Assembly: GCA_020851785.1 (NCBI GenBank)
Contig: JADZCC010000065.1
Span: forward strand, 6,495 to 70,494
DNA length: 64,000 bases
Direction: 5' to 3'
DNA from: Anaerolineales bacterium
GTDB lineage: Bacteria > Chloroflexota > Anaerolineae > Anaerolineales > Villigracilaceae
Part shown: one piece after another, positions 63,521 to 64,000 of the stretch
Numbering within the stretch: the stretch's first letter is position 1
Layout of the letters: each line of letters opens with the position of its first letter
Program-made: the position numbers and the translations under genes
The notes under the pieces: model-generated
What the model saw: the letters and a program-made list of their open reading frames with translations, nothing else
What the model was told of the DNA's origin: nothing
The model's database searches: none

Positions 63521-64000
63521 CTACACCGTAATTAAATCCTTAATTTCCTCAAACGTGGCAGGGCCAACTCCAGAAACGTTGGTAATGTCCTCAATCACGT
63601 TAAATGGGCCATTCGCCTCGCGGTAGTCAATAATTTTCTGGGCAGTCGTGGGGCCAATGCCCGGGAGCGAATCCAACTCCTCTAAATTGGCCGTGTTGAT
63701 ATTAATCAACTCCGAGTTCGCAGAGGACGAAGCCTCAGCGGTGGGAAGCTCAACGTCTGAGTCGCCAATCGTCCGCGGCGTTTGCCCCTGATCCGCGCCA
63801 TACGGGATCTCCAACTGTTGGCCGTCCATCAACAACGCGGCCAAATTAACGCCATCCACATTCGCAGAAGCCAGCAAACCGCCCGCCGCGTCTATCGCAT
63901 CTTGCACGCGCGCGCCAGCGCTAAATTCATACAAGCCCGGGCGCGGCACCGCGCCAATCACATGCACGGCGATCGGCGCTTCGGTTGGCGCGGCTTCCAA
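63521..64000 (-). CDS. comEA: ComEA-family DNA-binding competence protein, C-terminal part (gene continues beyond the right edge)
   Basis: SLBB-like segment (VHVIGAVPRPGLYEFSAGARVQDAIDAAGG) plus tandem helix-hairpin-helix (LDSLPGIGPTTAQKII...NVSGVGPATFEEI). The frame is open to the window end. Confidence 0.85.
   Translation of the reverse strand: MEAAPTEAPIAVHVIGAVPRPGLYEFSAGARVQDAIDAAGGLLASANVDGVNLAALLMDGQQLEIPYGADQGQTPRTIGDSDVELPTAEASSSANSELININTANLEELDSLPGIGPTTAQKIIDYREANGPFNVIEDITNVSGVGPATFEEIKDLITV

Overview
Moderately GC-rich bacterial chromosomal segment, densely coding: about 55 protein genes and one tRNA. I saw no rRNA, CRISPR array, transposase or integrase.

Gene content, left to right:
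- 1-11.7 kb, minus strand: a long polyamine/omega-amino-acid catabolic operon. It holds a saccharopine-dehydrogenase-like fragment, two Lrp/AsnC regulators, three class-III aminotransferases, a methylmalonate-semialdehyde-type aldehyde dehydrogenase and potABCD.
- 11.8-14.4 kb: a GH36-like alpha-galactosidase and an ATP-grasp enzyme.
- 14.5-24.1 kb, minus strand: a chitooligosaccharide/GlcNAc cluster. It holds a ROK regulator, a ROK-like kinase, a PIG-L deacetylase, a CUT1-type binding protein with two permeases, a GH3 hexosaminidase and a SIS-domain deaminase.
- 24.2-31.9 kb, plus strand: a metal-homeostasis block. It has a DtxR/MntR-type regulator behind a perfect 19-6-19 palindrome, an NRAMP-USP fusion, and an ArsR/SmtB sensor with a P1B-type ATPase.
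- Housekeeping genes: uvrB (with a Cheo-type LexA box), pth-mfd, pyrG, eno, smpB, an initiator-type tRNA-Met and comEA.
- Also an MsiK-type orphan ABC ATPase with a GH13 enzyme, an MFS transporter, a secreted metallophosphoesterase with Ig-like repeats, a SufR-like regulator with a DUF59 protein, a cyclophilin, an acyl-CoA dehydrogenase and a BrnT/BrnA toxin-antitoxin pair.

Most unusual items:
- A 1546-aa, roughly 50-helix membrane protein containing three in-frame 600-bp tandem repeat modules.
- A two-gene cassette (unknown 260-aa protein plus a GHKL/anti-sigma-kinase-like ATPase) wedged between smpB and tRNA-fMet.
- A translationally coupled NUDIX plus polytopic-membrane gene pair that shares the uvrB control region.
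- Several families of short intergenic repeats. One is a GGTTGAAGGTTGCAGGT family. One is a CCCTCACCCTAACCCTCTCCC hairpin element that supplies a stop codon. One is a set of MITE-like inserts with CTTACGC termini. One is an octamer array abutting the mfd start codon.

Limits: all protein assignments come from motif recognition by eye. No database search was possible. The taxonomic origin cannot be verified; the signals fit a Terrabacteria/Chloroflexota-like organism.
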